64,000 nt of DNA, taken from IMG/VR virus record IMGVR_UViG_3300025133_000042, positions 40,858-104,857 of that record. The stretch is one strand, 5' to 3'. Within the stretch, counting starts at the first letter, position 1. Each line of letters begins with the position of its first letter. Under the pieces are notes generated by a model. It saw nothing but the letters and a program-made list of their open reading frames with translations. It was not told the DNA's origin and searched no databases. Both the position numbers and the translations under genes were made by a program. Positions 36,874-47,341 of the stretch are shown piece by piece. The stretch comes from a virus.

Positions 36874-37080
36874 TATCTAGACCTCGACTTTGCTTTCTGA
36901 TTTGCCTCATTAGCTGCAGCCTTTTCTTTTTCCTTTTCTTTGCTAAGGCGCTCTAGAAACCACTTTCTCAAACCCACTGGGAGACTGTATGCCTCAGTAA
37001 AGCTCCAGCCGCCATAATATTTTAGCAAAAAGAACTGTTCGTAGACTTGTTCAATATATTCATCATTTAGGCCAAAAAAA
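36873..37080 (-). CDS. Tail assembly chaperone C-terminal extension, probably reached by frameshift
   Basis: FFGLNDEYIEQVYEQFFLLKYYGGWSFTEAYSLPVGLRKWF...; no ATG or SD of its own; overlaps the U7 run at the end of the upstream gene. Confidence 0.7.
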
Positions 37081-37947
37081 CTCCGCAGTAAGCGGAACCT
37101 CCACGTCTGATGTCTCTCCACAAAAGTTACAGAAAAACTCTTGGCTCAAATCATAGTTTGGCGTTAGTTTACTGTAAACCGATCGAAAGTGACGGGCGTC
37201 AGCTGCCGGCATGCTCATGACAAATTGATTAATTTGGCCGCGGTCTGTAACACCATTGAGAGTTACGATTGCGCGCTTCATCTGCTCTGTCAGAATTGAG
37301 TCGCCTAGATGACCTAAGAGCTTTTGCTTTTTGCGACTTTCCACAACCTTTGAAAGATAGTTCTCGTCATCGCCAGTTAACAAGCGAACTTGAGCCAGGA
37401 CCTGGGTTCTCGGCAAAACAAACGCAAAAGTAACATCGTCAACCCTAGTAAACCCTTCTATCTCTGGCTCATCGATTGAATCGGGGTGGACATTTTTGCC
37501 TGCGGCCAAGTTAAAACTAAAGACCGAAGCCTCGTCGCAGCTTGGACATGAAATCTTAGCTGAATAATCAGCACCGTAAGCCAGCATTCTGGTCATGACC
37601 AAAATAGCATTTTTATCGCCAATTAAAAGATCGGAAACTTTTATCCTCTTGTCAACAACAAGTGATTGAAGCAGACGATCAATAGCGATGCCTTTCTTGA
37701 GCAAAGTACGAGAAGTCAAAATCTCCTCGTCTTTTGCTGTCATATGGCGGATCTCTATAGTCTCTTGCCCGTGCAAAGGATGGTCCTCTGCGTAAAACAT
37801 GCCCCTAGAAGGCAAGTCAACATGCTCCGTAGGAACGACAAAAGTCAAGCCAACTGGGTTGTCAACTTGACCGGTCGGTTGAACAGCTGCGACGGGCGCC
37901 TCTTGTGCGGAGCTGGCGCCCGTCCTGTTCTTATTATTTCTAGCCAT
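37063..37947 (-). CDS. Tail assembly chaperone / gp26-like baseplate hub assembly protein
   Basis: VDLPSRG, MTAKDEEIL, two CxxC pairs, ends EFFWPK. Confidence 0.85.
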   Translation of the reverse strand: MARNNKNRTGASSAQEAPVAAVQPTGQVDNPVGLTFVVPTEHVDLPSRGMFYAEDHPLHGQETIEIRHMTAKDEEILTSRTLLKKGIAIDRLLQSLVVDKRIKVSDLLIGDKNAILVMTRMLAYGADYSAKISCPSCDEASVFSFNLAAGKNVHPDSIDEPEIEGFTRVDDVTFAFVLPRTQVLAQVRLLTGDDENYLSKVVESRKKQKLLGHLGDSILTEQMKRAIVTLNGVTDRGQINQFVMSMPAADARHFRSVYSKLTPNYDLSQEFFCNFCGETSDVEVPLTAEFFWPK

Positions 37948-37991
37948 TTATACCTCTTTGTTTTAAATGATTTTTAGCTATTAGCCGACGA

Positions 37992-38621
37992 TTAGTTACC
38001 GACGATTAGGGTCCCCGGCAAAGTAGAGAATGCTTGCGGCTTCGTCCTGACCAGGCCGGTCAAGTTGTGGGCATTTAGCTTAGCGTAGTCATATCTCATC
38101 GTCATGGTGATCTCAACAAGATCGTCGCTGGTGTAATCCAAGTCGCCAAACTTGACTTCTTTTAACCATGCATTATAGAGCATCCACTCTTCTAATACTT
38201 CACCGCCTGTAGCGAGGGGCTCGCCGGTCGAGTTACCGCTCTCGCCGCCGGCGAACTGATCTCCAAGCATCTGGATTCTTATGTCACCCAGGGCCGCGAC
38301 GGCTGCGCCTTTGGACATGGTGATGACATCGCTAGAAGTCTCAGGAGGGAAATAGCCACTATTAATCAAAATATCATAAACGCTCTGGGTTGTGTCAGGA
38401 GATCCTGGATCGACAAACGTAACATCAACAGTGTTCCACTCGACGCGGCCGGGGTAATAAAACTTATGATTGATGTAAGTATGCTCACTCTCAGAAACTG
38501 AAAAAGAAGGCTTTGTAACTTTCTTTGCCACCCAAGGCTCAAAGCCGCCGACATAGACTAGAAATCTATAATTTCTTTTGGGCTCCGGCTGCCCTAAATT
38601 TGTACTTGACCAAAATGCCAT
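37992..38621 (-). CDS. Tail tube protein (gp19-like)
   Basis: EPKRNYRF, YYPGRVEW, EEWMLYNAW, FGDLDY, MRYDYA. Confidence 0.9.
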   Translation of the reverse strand: MAFWSSTNLGQPEPKRNYRFLVYVGGFEPWVAKKVTKPSFSVSESEHTYINHKFYYPGRVEWNTVDVTFVDPGSPDTTQSVYDILINSGYFPPETSSDVITMSKGAAVAALGDIRIQMLGDQFAGGESGNSTGEPLATGGEVLEEWMLYNAWLKEVKFGDLDYTSDDLVEITMTMRYDYAKLNAHNLTGLVRTKPQAFSTLPGTLIVGN

Positions 38622-38702
38622 CTGAGTGATCTCCTGTTTGTACCCTATCGTACTGGTGTATTGTAAATAGTAGGACGATTATAAATTCGTCCCGTGTTTT
38701 TG

Positions 38703-41700
38703 TTAGTCATCGAAGGCAGCACCTTGATTCGTAATGTTGAAGTCGATTGCAATGTACTCAATCGATTTCGCTGGCTTCAAGAAAATCTTAGCGTATAGCA
38801 CGTTTCTGTCAACCAAATCTGGCGTCGTAGTTGTATCGTCCAAGACTACTCGATAGTCTTCGAGGCCCATGCCAGCTTTCACGCTTTTCAAGAACGGCTC
38901 GACCTGGCCAGTAAATCGGTTCCAAGTGACCTTGCTATTCTGGTCAAATAAAACGCTGTTCGCAATTCTTGATATCTTCTTCTTAAGGAAGATGAGCAGT
39001 CTTCTGACATTTACCCTGTCGAGCGCGCTCGGTGTCGCTTGAAGCGTCTTCTGTCCAAACACGACGAGACCTTCGGATGGGAACGACGCGATTGGATTAA
39101 TATTAGCATCGTACAAATCATCTCTGTCCTTCTTCGAAAGCTTTTGCGTGACGTTCACAACAGGCAGACCTGCTGCGCCCTGAGAAAGGCCACCGCGGTT
39201 GAAACCAGCTGGCGCGAACCAGACGCTTGATTTTCTCTCAGAGTTCGACATGACACCCAGAGCTATTACCGAGGGCGGCATGAACAGCTTGTTGTTTGAT
39301 AGCTTGTCGACGATCTGCACATATGGGTAATATGCTGCAGCAAAACTAGAATCAATATTTCTATCTTTCATCAGCTTGACCGCGTTGTTAACGTCGCCTA
39401 GGCGTGCCTTGTAGCTGGTTACATCCTCTGCTGCCGGCGTGTAATCAGACTCGACATCGATAATTGCCATGGCGTCGGCGCGGGCCTCAACAGTGTCGAT
39501 GAGGTGCTGCGTCAGCGTTGCCGACCTGATATTTGGCGCGACAGCGAGGTTGTATTCGACATCTTCTGGATCTGAACATATATCGATGGCCTGCTTTACA
39601 GTATTGTAAGCGTAGGATGACTTTTCAGTCTGCCCATTAACGACATGGTGGCCAAAGGGATCCTTTTCTCTAATGTTCAAGCCATCGGAGCCTCCGAATA
39701 ATGGGAATGTGAATGCATCAGCGCCATACAGAATCGTCGCCTCCCAGCCTGTCCTGGTTAGCGCGCCCTTCGTATGACCGTCTTGATCCGCTGAGATCGA
39801 CAAGCCAGCTATACGGGAGCCCGAAACGTACGCATGACTCACGGTATCAGATACCCCCAGAGCATTAGACCCTGAGATGACGTCATCAAGCGTAAATATA
39901 TGAGGGATCTCAAGATTGGCGCCGAGAGAGCCCTCGTCAGAAAAGACCATCTCCGCGCCGTCCGAGTTCAGCAGGCGGTCCGGAAGACCCCTCAGGAGAT
40001 CGACCATGCTCTCATCATAGAGGCTGCTGGCTGAGCGATGAGTCCTCATGCCATGGAAGGCAGTTGCATTTGAAGGCAATGGGTTGTCCGAAGAAGAAAG
40101 CCTCATGGCGATAGTGGGGAACAAGAACGACGCAGTAAGATCGTGGGTGCCAGATGTTGTTGTGACGGCTCCAGTTAAATGGTAAACGGCATCGGCGAGC
40201 GATCGCAACGGAAGATCGGTGGTGCCGGCATTGGTGTAAGCGGTACCTGCGCCGGTGGCGCCGTCCGGGGTGTGGCTGTCGCCAAAGACTTGGAACTCGC
40301 CGATGGATGGCCCGGATCCGGTGCCCACAAGGGAAAATCCCTTGAACCTTGGGGGGCCATAGAAGCCAAAAGGCGCCATGGCGGGACTCGGCGGGCCTGA
40401 GTCTTCGATATCCGCATGCATCTCAATACGAACAAACTCAGATGCGTTATCATACTGTCCGTACTCTTTGTTCCGGCCTTCAACACTATCGAACTCAATG
40501 TACTTATCGCCAATTCTACTGGCAATGTAATTCGCTGAATTGGGATTCAAAGTCAGATTTGTATATCGCTCTACCTCGCGAATCTTGCCGTCGTTGTCGC
40601 TCAGCATTCTTAATGATAGCGTAAACGTCGACCATGGATTCGCATTGTTTTTAGGCGCTCTGATGTTTTCGATGCTTGCCTTGAGGTTGTGCATTTCGTA
40701 CGAGCCTGCGCCGCGAGAGTGAAGCTTGAAGAGCTTTGTTTGTGCGCGGGCATTAAATGCAGAATACGCGCCCATGTCCTGGCTGATAACCCAGCCAGAC
40801 TGGGCCGGGCGATGGGCGTACTTATTGTTACCGAAAGCTAGCGAACCATTCGACAACTGAAGAACGATGCCCAAACTGCCGCCGGCTGCTTCCACGTGAC
40901 CATCGCCGCCGGTGCCGACGGTGTCTTCTAAGAACTGGTCATATGTTTCGCCCAGCCAATAAGCTTTGGCCGCTGTGGTGACACTTGCATTCGTTGCGGC
41001 CGGATTTGTGCTCATAACCTCTCGAATATATTCTTGGCTGTTTCTATCAAAGTTGACAGCAAACTTCTCCACATCCACACTAGGATCCGTGCCAGATATG
41101 ACTTCTAGAGTAAATGTGTGATTGCTGCCCTGGCTGTACATCATCACGCCTGCAGAGGCCGTCGTTTCGGAGCACACCACGGCTGCCGAGCCGCTGGCGC
41201 GCACGGTGCCAGACAATCGCAGGGCAGAGCCGCTGTTGCAGTAAACTATTGCAGCCAATGCGCCGGTGGAGGGCGTCAGGTCCGCGCCGATGGTGGCATC
41301 TGTAGAAGATGAAGCACAAATAAACAAGCCGTAAGCGCCGCCTTGGTGAGCGATGCCTTGCGCGGTGGCAAACTGCTTTTCCGTTGCCCAGCCAGCATAT
41401 CCTGCTGTGGCCGCCTCTGAGTGTTCTTCGCCAAGGAGACGCACAACAGTGATAGGCGAATTATTCTGCAACCAGGCTTGTGCTGCATATGAAGCATAAG
41501 TGGGACTTGTGAGGATGCCGGCACCGTTTCTCCAGACATCCTGCGGGGGGATACCAGCGTTTGGTGTGCCAAACTTTTCAATAAACTCCGAAAAAGAGTC
41601 GACTCTGACAGGGCGCATGGCTGGGCCTCTGCGAGTGGCGCCAATAACCAGCGGGCCAATATTGGCCGGGCTGGCTGGCAAGGCAGAATTATCAATTTCA

Positions 41701-41747
41701 TTGATGAAAACGCCTGGTGAAATGAATTTATACTTCTTGACGGACAT
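38703..41747 (-). CDS. Contractile tail sheath protein (gp18-like)
   Basis: SPGVFINEID, WFAPAGFNRG, INPIA, GQKTL, DRVNVRRL. Confidence 0.96.
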   Translation of the reverse strand: MSVKKYKFISPGVFINEIDNSALPASPANIGPLVIGATRRGPAMRPVRVDSFSEFIEKFGTPNAGIPPQDVWRNGAGILTSPTYASYAAQAWLQNNSPITVVRLLGEEHSEAATAGYAGWATEKQFATAQGIAHQGGAYGLFICASSSTDATIGADLTPSTGALAAIVYCNSGSALRLSGTVRASGSAAVVCSETTASAGVMMYSQGSNHTFTLEVISGTDPSVDVEKFAVNFDRNSQEYIREVMSTNPAATNASVTTAAKAYWLGETYDQFLEDTVGTGGDGHVEAAGGSLGIVLQLSNGSLAFGNNKYAHRPAQSGWVISQDMGAYSAFNARAQTKLFKLHSRGAGSYEMHNLKASIENIRAPKNNANPWSTFTLSLRMLSDNDGKIREVERYTNLTLNPNSANYIASRIGDKYIEFDSVEGRNKEYGQYDNASEFVRIEMHADIEDSGPPSPAMAPFGFYGPPRFKGFSLVGTGSGPSIGEFQVFGDSHTPDGATGAGTAYTNAGTTDLPLRSLADAVYHLTGAVTTTSGTHDLTASFLFPTIAMRLSSSDNPLPSNATAFHGMRTHRSASSLYDESMVDLLRGLPDRLLNSDGAEMVFSDEGSLGANLEIPHIFTLDDVISGSNALGVSDTVSHAYVSGSRIAGLSISADQDGHTKGALTRTGWEATILYGADAFTFPLFGGSDGLNIREKDPFGHHVVNGQTEKSSYAYNTVKQAIDICSDPEDVEYNLAVAPNIRSATLTQHLIDTVEARADAMAIIDVESDYTPAAEDVTSYKARLGDVNNAVKLMKDRNIDSSFAAAYYPYVQIVDKLSNNKLFMPPSVIALGVMSNSERKSSVWFAPAGFNRGGLSQGAAGLPVVNVTQKLSKKDRDDLYDANINPIASFPSEGLVVFGQKTLQATPSALDRVNVRRLLIFLKKKISRIANSVLFDQNSKVTWNRFTGQVEPFLKSVKAGMGLEDYRVVLDDTTTTPDLVDRNVLYAKIFLKPAKSIEYIAIDFNITNQGAAFDD

Positions 41748-41823
41748 ATACGTGCTCTCCTTTAAAGGCAAACCTAAGTTTTCTCTATTAAATAGTGTTA
41801 AAAAAGTCGAATAGTAATTTTAC

Positions 41824-42705
41824 TTAGTCTCTATAGTCTGTTAGACGCCCGTCTACGACCATTTCCGGCGAGTCCCCAGTAATTACCCTTTCTCTGCCTA
41901 TTTTAACGGTAACAAAATTTTGCCTAGTTTCTATTTTTGGGAGATCGTCATTCTTATCATCTCCTATAATATATCCTAAAACTTTAAAGTTTAATTTGGT
42001 CTCATATTTTCTTTCTTCCTGAGCCAGAGAAGAAACGTTGTTATTGGCGCTATAACTGTCCTGTAAAAACAGCTCATAAGTATGACCATTGTGATGTAAA
42101 GGAACATAGCTTATGCCCAACCCAGCATTGAGAAATGGAGTTGTCATTTCGTTCATTTGCTGCAGATACTCAGATCTAATGCTTATATTATATTCAACAT
42201 CGATATACATTGGCATCGGCACAGTGATCGTTTCGTATACAACTTTGGTGTTTTTAAATTTATTTGTCGACTGGCCGTAAAGACGCTTCGATACTGCATT
42301 GGCGTTGTCGCTCGTCTTATCTGCAACAATACGACGAGCAATTTCAATCCGACCACGCTTGCCGTCGCCGGGCTGGGCTATGTTACCAAAAACGCCGCCT
42401 TTTCTCGACATGTCCTTGTTTATATTGGTTCTCTCAATCATGATTGACGGTAATATAAAAACGCCGTTCGCATCTCTTAAGTCCGGATTATTTTTGACTT
42501 GGAAGGAGCGCTCGGCTGATACCCACGTCACTGGTACCTCTTTTCGGCCGGTATTCGCGTCAACATATATATTCAGAGATTTTATATAATTATAAAGAGC
42601 TGTGTCGATATCCTCCAAGGTTGAAGGGTAAATTATATCCTCTTTAACGACAGAGGGATCATCAACTTCTGTGTAGCTGTAATCTTTTTCTTTATTGTAG
42701 CCCAT
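41824..42705 (-). CDS. Tail terminator/completion protein (gp15-like)
   Basis: Position between neck and sheath; ILPSIMIER, PMYIDVEY. Confidence 0.7.
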   Translation of the reverse strand: MGYNKEKDYSYTEVDDPSVVKEDIIYPSTLEDIDTALYNYIKSLNIYVDANTGRKEVPVTWVSAERSFQVKNNPDLRDANGVFILPSIMIERTNINKDMSRKGGVFGNIAQPGDGKRGRIEIARRIVADKTSDNANAVSKRLYGQSTNKFKNTKVVYETITVPMPMYIDVEYNISIRSEYLQQMNEMTTPFLNAGLGISYVPLHHNGHTYELFLQDSYSANNNVSSLAQEERKYETKLNFKVLGYIIGDDKNDDLPKIETRQNFVTVKIGRERVITGDSPEMVVDGRLTDYRD

Positions 42706-43186
42706 TGAACGTCCCCTCTCGTGCCCTCACACACTTCGCAGATATCTCATAGCGATGATCGACCTGGCCAAATAACTGCTTAGGCTCAGATAAAGTGACA
42801 ATCTCATATATAATGTCGCCATATTGCACGAAGTCGCCGGTTCGAACAAACAAATCTTGATCTTCCGTTAATCTTCTCTTGTGAAAATGAATAGTTATCT
42901 CAGCGTCTCTGTCCATGCCGTAAGCCTGGTGGTTGGTTTGATATGACTCCCACTCTACCAAAGCGTAAACTCTTATCGGGGGCGCAAAGGCCTTGGAGAT
43001 CGACTCGCCATAAATCGGATGAAAGTTTGAAGCGTCGATATCAATTGGGTAGTAAACAACCTGCTGGCCGACGACGCGCTCAATAATTTCATCGTTAACT
43101 TGTTTTACTAAATCGCGCTCTTTCTTGTTTATAAAAAGAGGCGGTGGTGGAGCAGTAGGTTGTGACCATTTGTTTTCATTCGACAT
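42692..43186 (-). CDS. Neck/head-completion protein (gp14-like)
   Basis: GQQVVYY, HPIYGE, GDFV...YEI. Confidence 0.75.
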   Translation of the reverse strand: MSNENKWSQPTAPPPPLFINKKERDLVKQVNDEIIERVVGQQVVYYPIDIDASNFHPIYGESISKAFAPPIRVYALVEWESYQTNHQAYGMDRDAEITIHFHKRRLTEDQDLFVRTGDFVQYGDIIYEIVTLSEPKQLFGQVDHRYEISAKCVRAREGTFNGLQ

Positions 43187-43190
43187 TTAT

Positions 43191-44477
43191 TTACCCAACA
43201 TATATGTTATAAGGAACATTCTGCATGATCTTGTTTGTATTATCCATCATCTCAGAGTCGCTAGCAACCAACTTGGGATATGTAAGCTCGTCAAGCACAG
43301 TTTTAAGCTCCTCACGGAGGGCATTTTGTTCCTCTTTGGCTTGGGACAATAATTCGGAATGATTTAATGTTACACTTTCTCCTGGGATTGGTATTGTCGC
43401 GAATTTACCTCTAATTTGCCCTAACATCTCTTTGCATAGAGATAGTGCGAATCTTCTAATCCATTGTTTGCCAATACTATTGATGCTCTTGTAGGGAAGA
43501 TTGCCAAACGGCAAGGTATTTAAGTTATTGACGCCCTCTGTGCCTGATGCTCGCGATGACTCACTCTCGTCCCATGGGTCAGTAGCCAAGGTAAACTCCA
43601 CGTAAAGATTATCTGGGCTGATATCCTGAGGCACAGGAAATAATCTCAACTTGTTATTTTTAATTTCGTATGAATAGTGAGAATTTCTTGTATAAATGGT
43701 GTCTTCGTAGGCCATGGCCTGCATTTTATTCTGCCACGCTGGAATAACCTCAAAAGTAGAATCATCTGCGTACATGCCATAAGTCGACAAGTTACCAATT
43801 GCATTAATGCCGCCATAGTATCCAAAAAACCTCCACATTGCGTGCGGCGTCTTGTAGTACACTCTGCGAATCGTAACCCTCTTGTCGCCAACCTTGTTGT
43901 AAAAAGCGCTAGTTGCGCTATCCGAGGAAGAGGAGATCATTGTCTGCAAGTCATAATCTTGTTGACCGGAGGTTAAGTCAATCGATGCAGAATATATATT
44001 TTCAGTCCCGCCGATGCCTGCTTCCATCGCAACTGTATCGCCAATGTGCTTGGCATAGCCCAGAGTAAACTTGGGCATACGCAGCTCGATGCTGGAACCT
44101 GAAAGTGGAGAATCGCTGGTGTGCATGCCATCATGATCAAAAGACCCAGTTGTCGCGCCGAGGGCTTGCCCAAGGGTGTTCTTCCCTTGGTGTATGTTGA
44201 CGATATACGAATATTCTAGAACCGATTCTTCATAAGCTGCAAAAATGTTTTTTTGAGTTATCTCAATATCTAAAACATCACCACCAAGTTTACGAAATGT
44301 GTAGTTTACTTGATCTATGGCGCCTGAAACAAAGTTGGCATCGTAAAGATCGGATCCGGTATCGGCGTATATGCCATATGGATAATTTGCTACTGTTGCA
44401 GCGTCAGATGTGCTACCAGTTTCAGGTAAAATATTAGTTGGCGCCGTTTGGGACGGCCTTAAGGTTGGTAGCGACAT
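43191..44477 (-). CDS. Neck protein (gp13-like)
   Basis: LGGDVLDIEI, WIRRFALSLCKEMLGQIRGKF...VTLN. Confidence 0.85.
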   Translation of the reverse strand: MSLPTLRPSQTAPTNILPETGSTSDAATVANYPYGIYADTGSDLYDANFVSGAIDQVNYTFRKLGGDVLDIEITQKNIFAAYEESVLEYSYIVNIHQGKNTLGQALGATTGSFDHDGMHTSDSPLSGSSIELRMPKFTLGYAKHIGDTVAMEAGIGGTENIYSASIDLTSGQQDYDLQTMISSSSDSATSAFYNKVGDKRVTIRRVYYKTPHAMWRFFGYYGGINAIGNLSTYGMYADDSTFEVIPAWQNKMQAMAYEDTIYTRNSHYSYEIKNNKLRLFPVPQDISPDNLYVEFTLATDPWDESESSRASGTEGVNNLNTLPFGNLPYKSINSIGKQWIRRFALSLCKEMLGQIRGKFATIPIPGESVTLNHSELLSQAKEEQNALREELKTVLDELTYPKLVASDSEMMDNTNKIMQNVPYNIYVG

Positions 44478-44515
44478 TCATGAGATCTCCTAGAATGTAA
44501 TTAGTTTCTAGAAGC

Positions 44516-44824
44516 TCATTTCGCCGGCTTGCTTTTTTTCTTTGGCTTTGCAGCGGCTTTTTTTCTCCAACTCTTCTTCGGTGCGGGCTTCGCTACTTCC
44601 ACAACTTTCTCAATAACCTCAGCTACTTCCTCAACAGCCGTTTCAACAAGGGCTTCCACCACTTCTTCTTTTGCCTGTTTAATTTGTACAGTTTCTTCTT
44701 CGGTAATTACGCCGTCAGCTTCAGCTTCTTTTATGACGCCTCGTAGGCGATTGTAAGTTTCTCTTACAGAGGCATACTTTTTAGCATATTTTGGACTATG
44801 AAGTCTCTTTTTACGTTTACCCAT
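44516..44824 (-). CDS. Small protein with basic termini
   Basis: MGKRKKRL...; AGGAG SD and late motif upstream. Confidence 0.7.
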   Translation of the reverse strand: MGKRKKRLHSPKYAKKYASVRETYNRLRGVIKEAEADGVITEEETVQIKQAKEEVVEALVETAVEEVAEVIEKVVEVAKPAPKKSWRKKAAAKPKKKSKPAK

Positions 44825-44865
44825 TATAGGTCTCCTTGGTTGATAATAAATAGTGTGAATATAAC

Positions 44866-44900
44866 AAAAAACCCCTTGTCTGTAAAAGAGCAAGGGGCTT
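44866..44900 (-). terminator. Rho-independent terminator
   Basis: CCCCTTG...CAAGGGG-TTTTT. Confidence 0.75.
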
Positions 44901-44921
44901 TGATGTTGTGGATATTAGGGA

Positions 44922-45386
44922 TTAGCCTTGTACACCAGCGTCCGCACTTATATCTAGTGTGACTCCATTAACATAATATTTATTACCATCACAAATAAAT
45001 TCATAATGGGTTCCACCTTTAGCCTCTCCGTTAATCTGAAGGTAGTCAGCATTTTCATCTAGTAGATATTGCCCCGCGTCTGCCTGGGCTTCGCCAACCA
45101 GGATGGTTATTAAGTCAGCAACAAAAGTTGATGCCCCGGCTGCTCTAACCTTAATAAGGCAATTGTCGCTACCAGCATCCAAAACTGTGGTTTTAACGAT
45201 AAATTTGCACCACCAGCCAGCACCAGCTTCAGATGGGTGCGGAAGGGAGTGTACCATGGTCTCACTGTAATCAGTACCATCCAACATGAAGACGGTGCCG
45301 CACGCGGCGGGTTGTATCGAGGTTGCGGTGGTTGTCAGCGCTTCAACCTTCTTTCTATCTGCTGAATATCTTCCTAGTTTACTCAT
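44922..45386 (-). CDS. Putative capsid decoration/structural protein
   Basis: Follows the MCP; beta-rich LP..AG...F...DG.KYYV pattern. Confidence 0.6.
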   Translation of the reverse strand: MSKLGRYSADRKKVEALTTTATSIQPAACGTVFMLDGTDYSETMVHSLPHPSEAGAGWWCKFIVKTTVLDAGSDNCLIKVRAAGASTFVADLITILVGEAQADAGQYLLDENADYLQINGEAKGGTHYEFICDGNKYYVNGVTLDISADAGVQG

Positions 45387-45432
45387 GTTCGTTTTCTCCT
45401 TTTAAAAAGGCGCCTTGCCTTATCAATCATTA

Positions 45433-45440
45433 TAAATAGT
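45433..45440 (-). promoter_or_regulatory. Late-promoter-like motif ACTAnTTA (representative copy)
   Basis: Recurs upstream of genes at 6441, 14988, 20160, 22314, 36825, 38664, 41789, 44498, 44847, 48498 and 63140; variants at 4752, 26428 and 60554. Confidence 0.75.
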
Positions 45441-45464
45441 GTTTGGATATCATAAATACCAAAA

Positions 45465-45500
45465 TAAAAAACCCCGCCAAGAGAAACCTCAAGGCGGGGC
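45465..45500 (-). terminator. Terminator after the major capsid gene
   Basis: CCCCGCC...GGCGGGG-TTTTTT. Confidence 0.8.
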
Positions 45501-45522
45501 TAGTTTGTTGGCTATCTAGCTA

Positions 45523-47340
45523 TTAGCTTGCGCCAGCTTCACCAAGGAGTCCGCGTACAACCACGAGGCCATACATATCAGGTCGGACCATCTTCTTGGC
45601 GTAGCGGGTCATGACTCCCTTACGGGGCACGAAGTCCTCTACACCAAAGATGGTGGGAGTGACCTGTAGCGGGACGTAAGGAGCGTAAACATATCCGCTC
45701 TCCAAGAAGCTTCCGCCCTTGCGGCCAACGAGGACCACGTTGCGGGGGAAGTAAGGATCAACCCAGACATCCCACTTGCGGCTTAAGCTACCAGCCTTGA
45801 CAGTGCCGATATCACCCTTGTTAGCGTCGGCAGTAACGTTAGCACGGAAACCGGACGTGAACTCAAGGATATTGGCGACCTCGGGAGAAGTGACGAGGAA
45901 CGTCGCTCCACCGCGAAGTGTCTTTCTGTGGATCTGAGCCGAAACATCATTGACCGTCTCAATGAGGGTCTCGTACCACTCGCTTACCGTACCAGTGAAG
46001 TCCGGAGCTGCGGCGGTTGCGCCAAGCTCTGCACCGGTAGTGCGGTTAACGAATAGACCCGGGGCACGTGACCAGTAGTACGTACCAGCCTTAGCGCCCT
46101 GAATGAGATCGTTGAGGATCTCACGATCAACCTCTAGAGCAATCTGCTCGGAGAGGAGCGAAGTAAGCTCAACCTCAGCGTCGAGGTTGTGATAAGCATT
46201 GAGATCCTGAGCAAGCTCGGGAGTCCACTTTGCCTTGAGCTTCTTGGTCATCGCAGTGACAGGCACTGAGTCGACATTGAGGTCGATCTCGGGGATGTCA
46301 ACGTTAAGACCAGAAGTGCCAGACTTAGTATCAGGCGAGCCTTCCAACGGGAAGTTAGAGCCACGAACATTACCAAGCTCGACATTTGCAAAAAGGTCAG
46401 CGACAGGATAACTAGCAACACCAAGCTGATCCTTGTCGGCGCCGACTTGGAAATCATCACCTTCAAAGTTAATATCGCCGGCGGCAGAGTCCACGAGAAC
46501 GATACGAAGACGATCCATCACAGCGGTGCCTGCTGAAGAAATCAGCTGAGTTAGGCGACGTACGTGAGACGTCGTTGATAACATGTCATTGACGGCTCCG
46601 CCAGAATCGTCGAAACCACGAATCTGGCCGGAAGCCGTTTGGAGTTCGATCGCAATTAAGTTATCTCTATTCAAGGTAGACGAAATCGAATCAAAATCGC
46701 AATCTAGAACCTGGATCTTGTAAGTTGAATTTGCCAAAACGTCGGGATCCCACTTGATAAGCTTCTTCTCTGCGTCCGTAAGAGCGCTAACAAGCTTGCC
46801 GTTGGTGGTGAGCTGCTCGGTGATGATGCCCAAACCAGCCGTATCGGCCGCGTCGACAGAACCAGTCGGTGAAGAATAGCCGGTCTGCAGGCCGTAAAGA
46901 CCTCCGCCGGACTCCAAGATATCAGTGACACCGCCAGTCAGCTGCGAACCAACCACGCCGCCGCCGTAAAGCGATTGATTGGCAGTGAGCCCAGCCGTGC
47001 CATCAGTGTACTGGAAGTCCATGAAGAAGATGAGGCCGGATGGCAAACTCATCGCTTGGACAGAAACAAGTTCGTTAGCAACGAGGCTACCGAAGACGCG
47101 GCGGACGATGGGGAATGCGACGGACGCAAAACCCTGGACATCGCCAGCTGCCATTGATGAAGCTTCCTTTAGAAGCTGCTTGGCCTGGTTCTCTAAGAGA
47201 ACTGCCATTGTGTTTTTTGATTGATCATTCTCAAGACCCTCAAGAAGTCCTGTGCGTTCCCACTTTTCTAATAGGGCAGCACCTTCCTTCTGAAGAGATC
47301 TCTCTTGAATGCCTTCTGTTAATTTATCGAGTACAGACAT
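45523..47340 (-). CDS. Major capsid protein (gp23-like)
   Basis: KWERTGLLEG, LVSVQAM, KLKAKWTPELAQDL.AYH.LDAE.EL, YAPYVPL, GVMTRYA. Confidence 0.97.
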   Translation of the reverse strand: MSVLDKLTEGIQERSLQKEGAALLEKWERTGLLEGLENDQSKNTMAVLLENQAKQLLKEASSMAAGDVQGFASVAFPIVRRVFGSLVANELVSVQAMSLPSGLIFFMDFQYTDGTAGLTANQSLYGGGVVGSQLTGGVTDILESGGGLYGLQTGYSSPTGSVDAADTAGLGIITEQLTTNGKLVSALTDAEKKLIKWDPDVLANSTYKIQVLDCDFDSISSTLNRDNLIAIELQTASGQIRGFDDSGGAVNDMLSTTSHVRRLTQLISSAGTAVMDRLRIVLVDSAAGDINFEGDDFQVGADKDQLGVASYPVADLFANVELGNVRGSNFPLEGSPDTKSGTSGLNVDIPEIDLNVDSVPVTAMTKKLKAKWTPELAQDLNAYHNLDAEVELTSLLSEQIALEVDREILNDLIQGAKAGTYYWSRAPGLFVNRTTGAELGATAAAPDFTGTVSEWYETLIETVNDVSAQIHRKTLRGGATFLVTSPEVANILEFTSGFRANVTADANKGDIGTVKAGSLSRKWDVWVDPYFPRNVVLVGRKGGSFLESGYVYAPYVPLQVTPTIFGVEDFVPRKGVMTRYAKKMVRPDMYGLVVVRGLLGEAGAS

Positions 47341-47341
47341 T

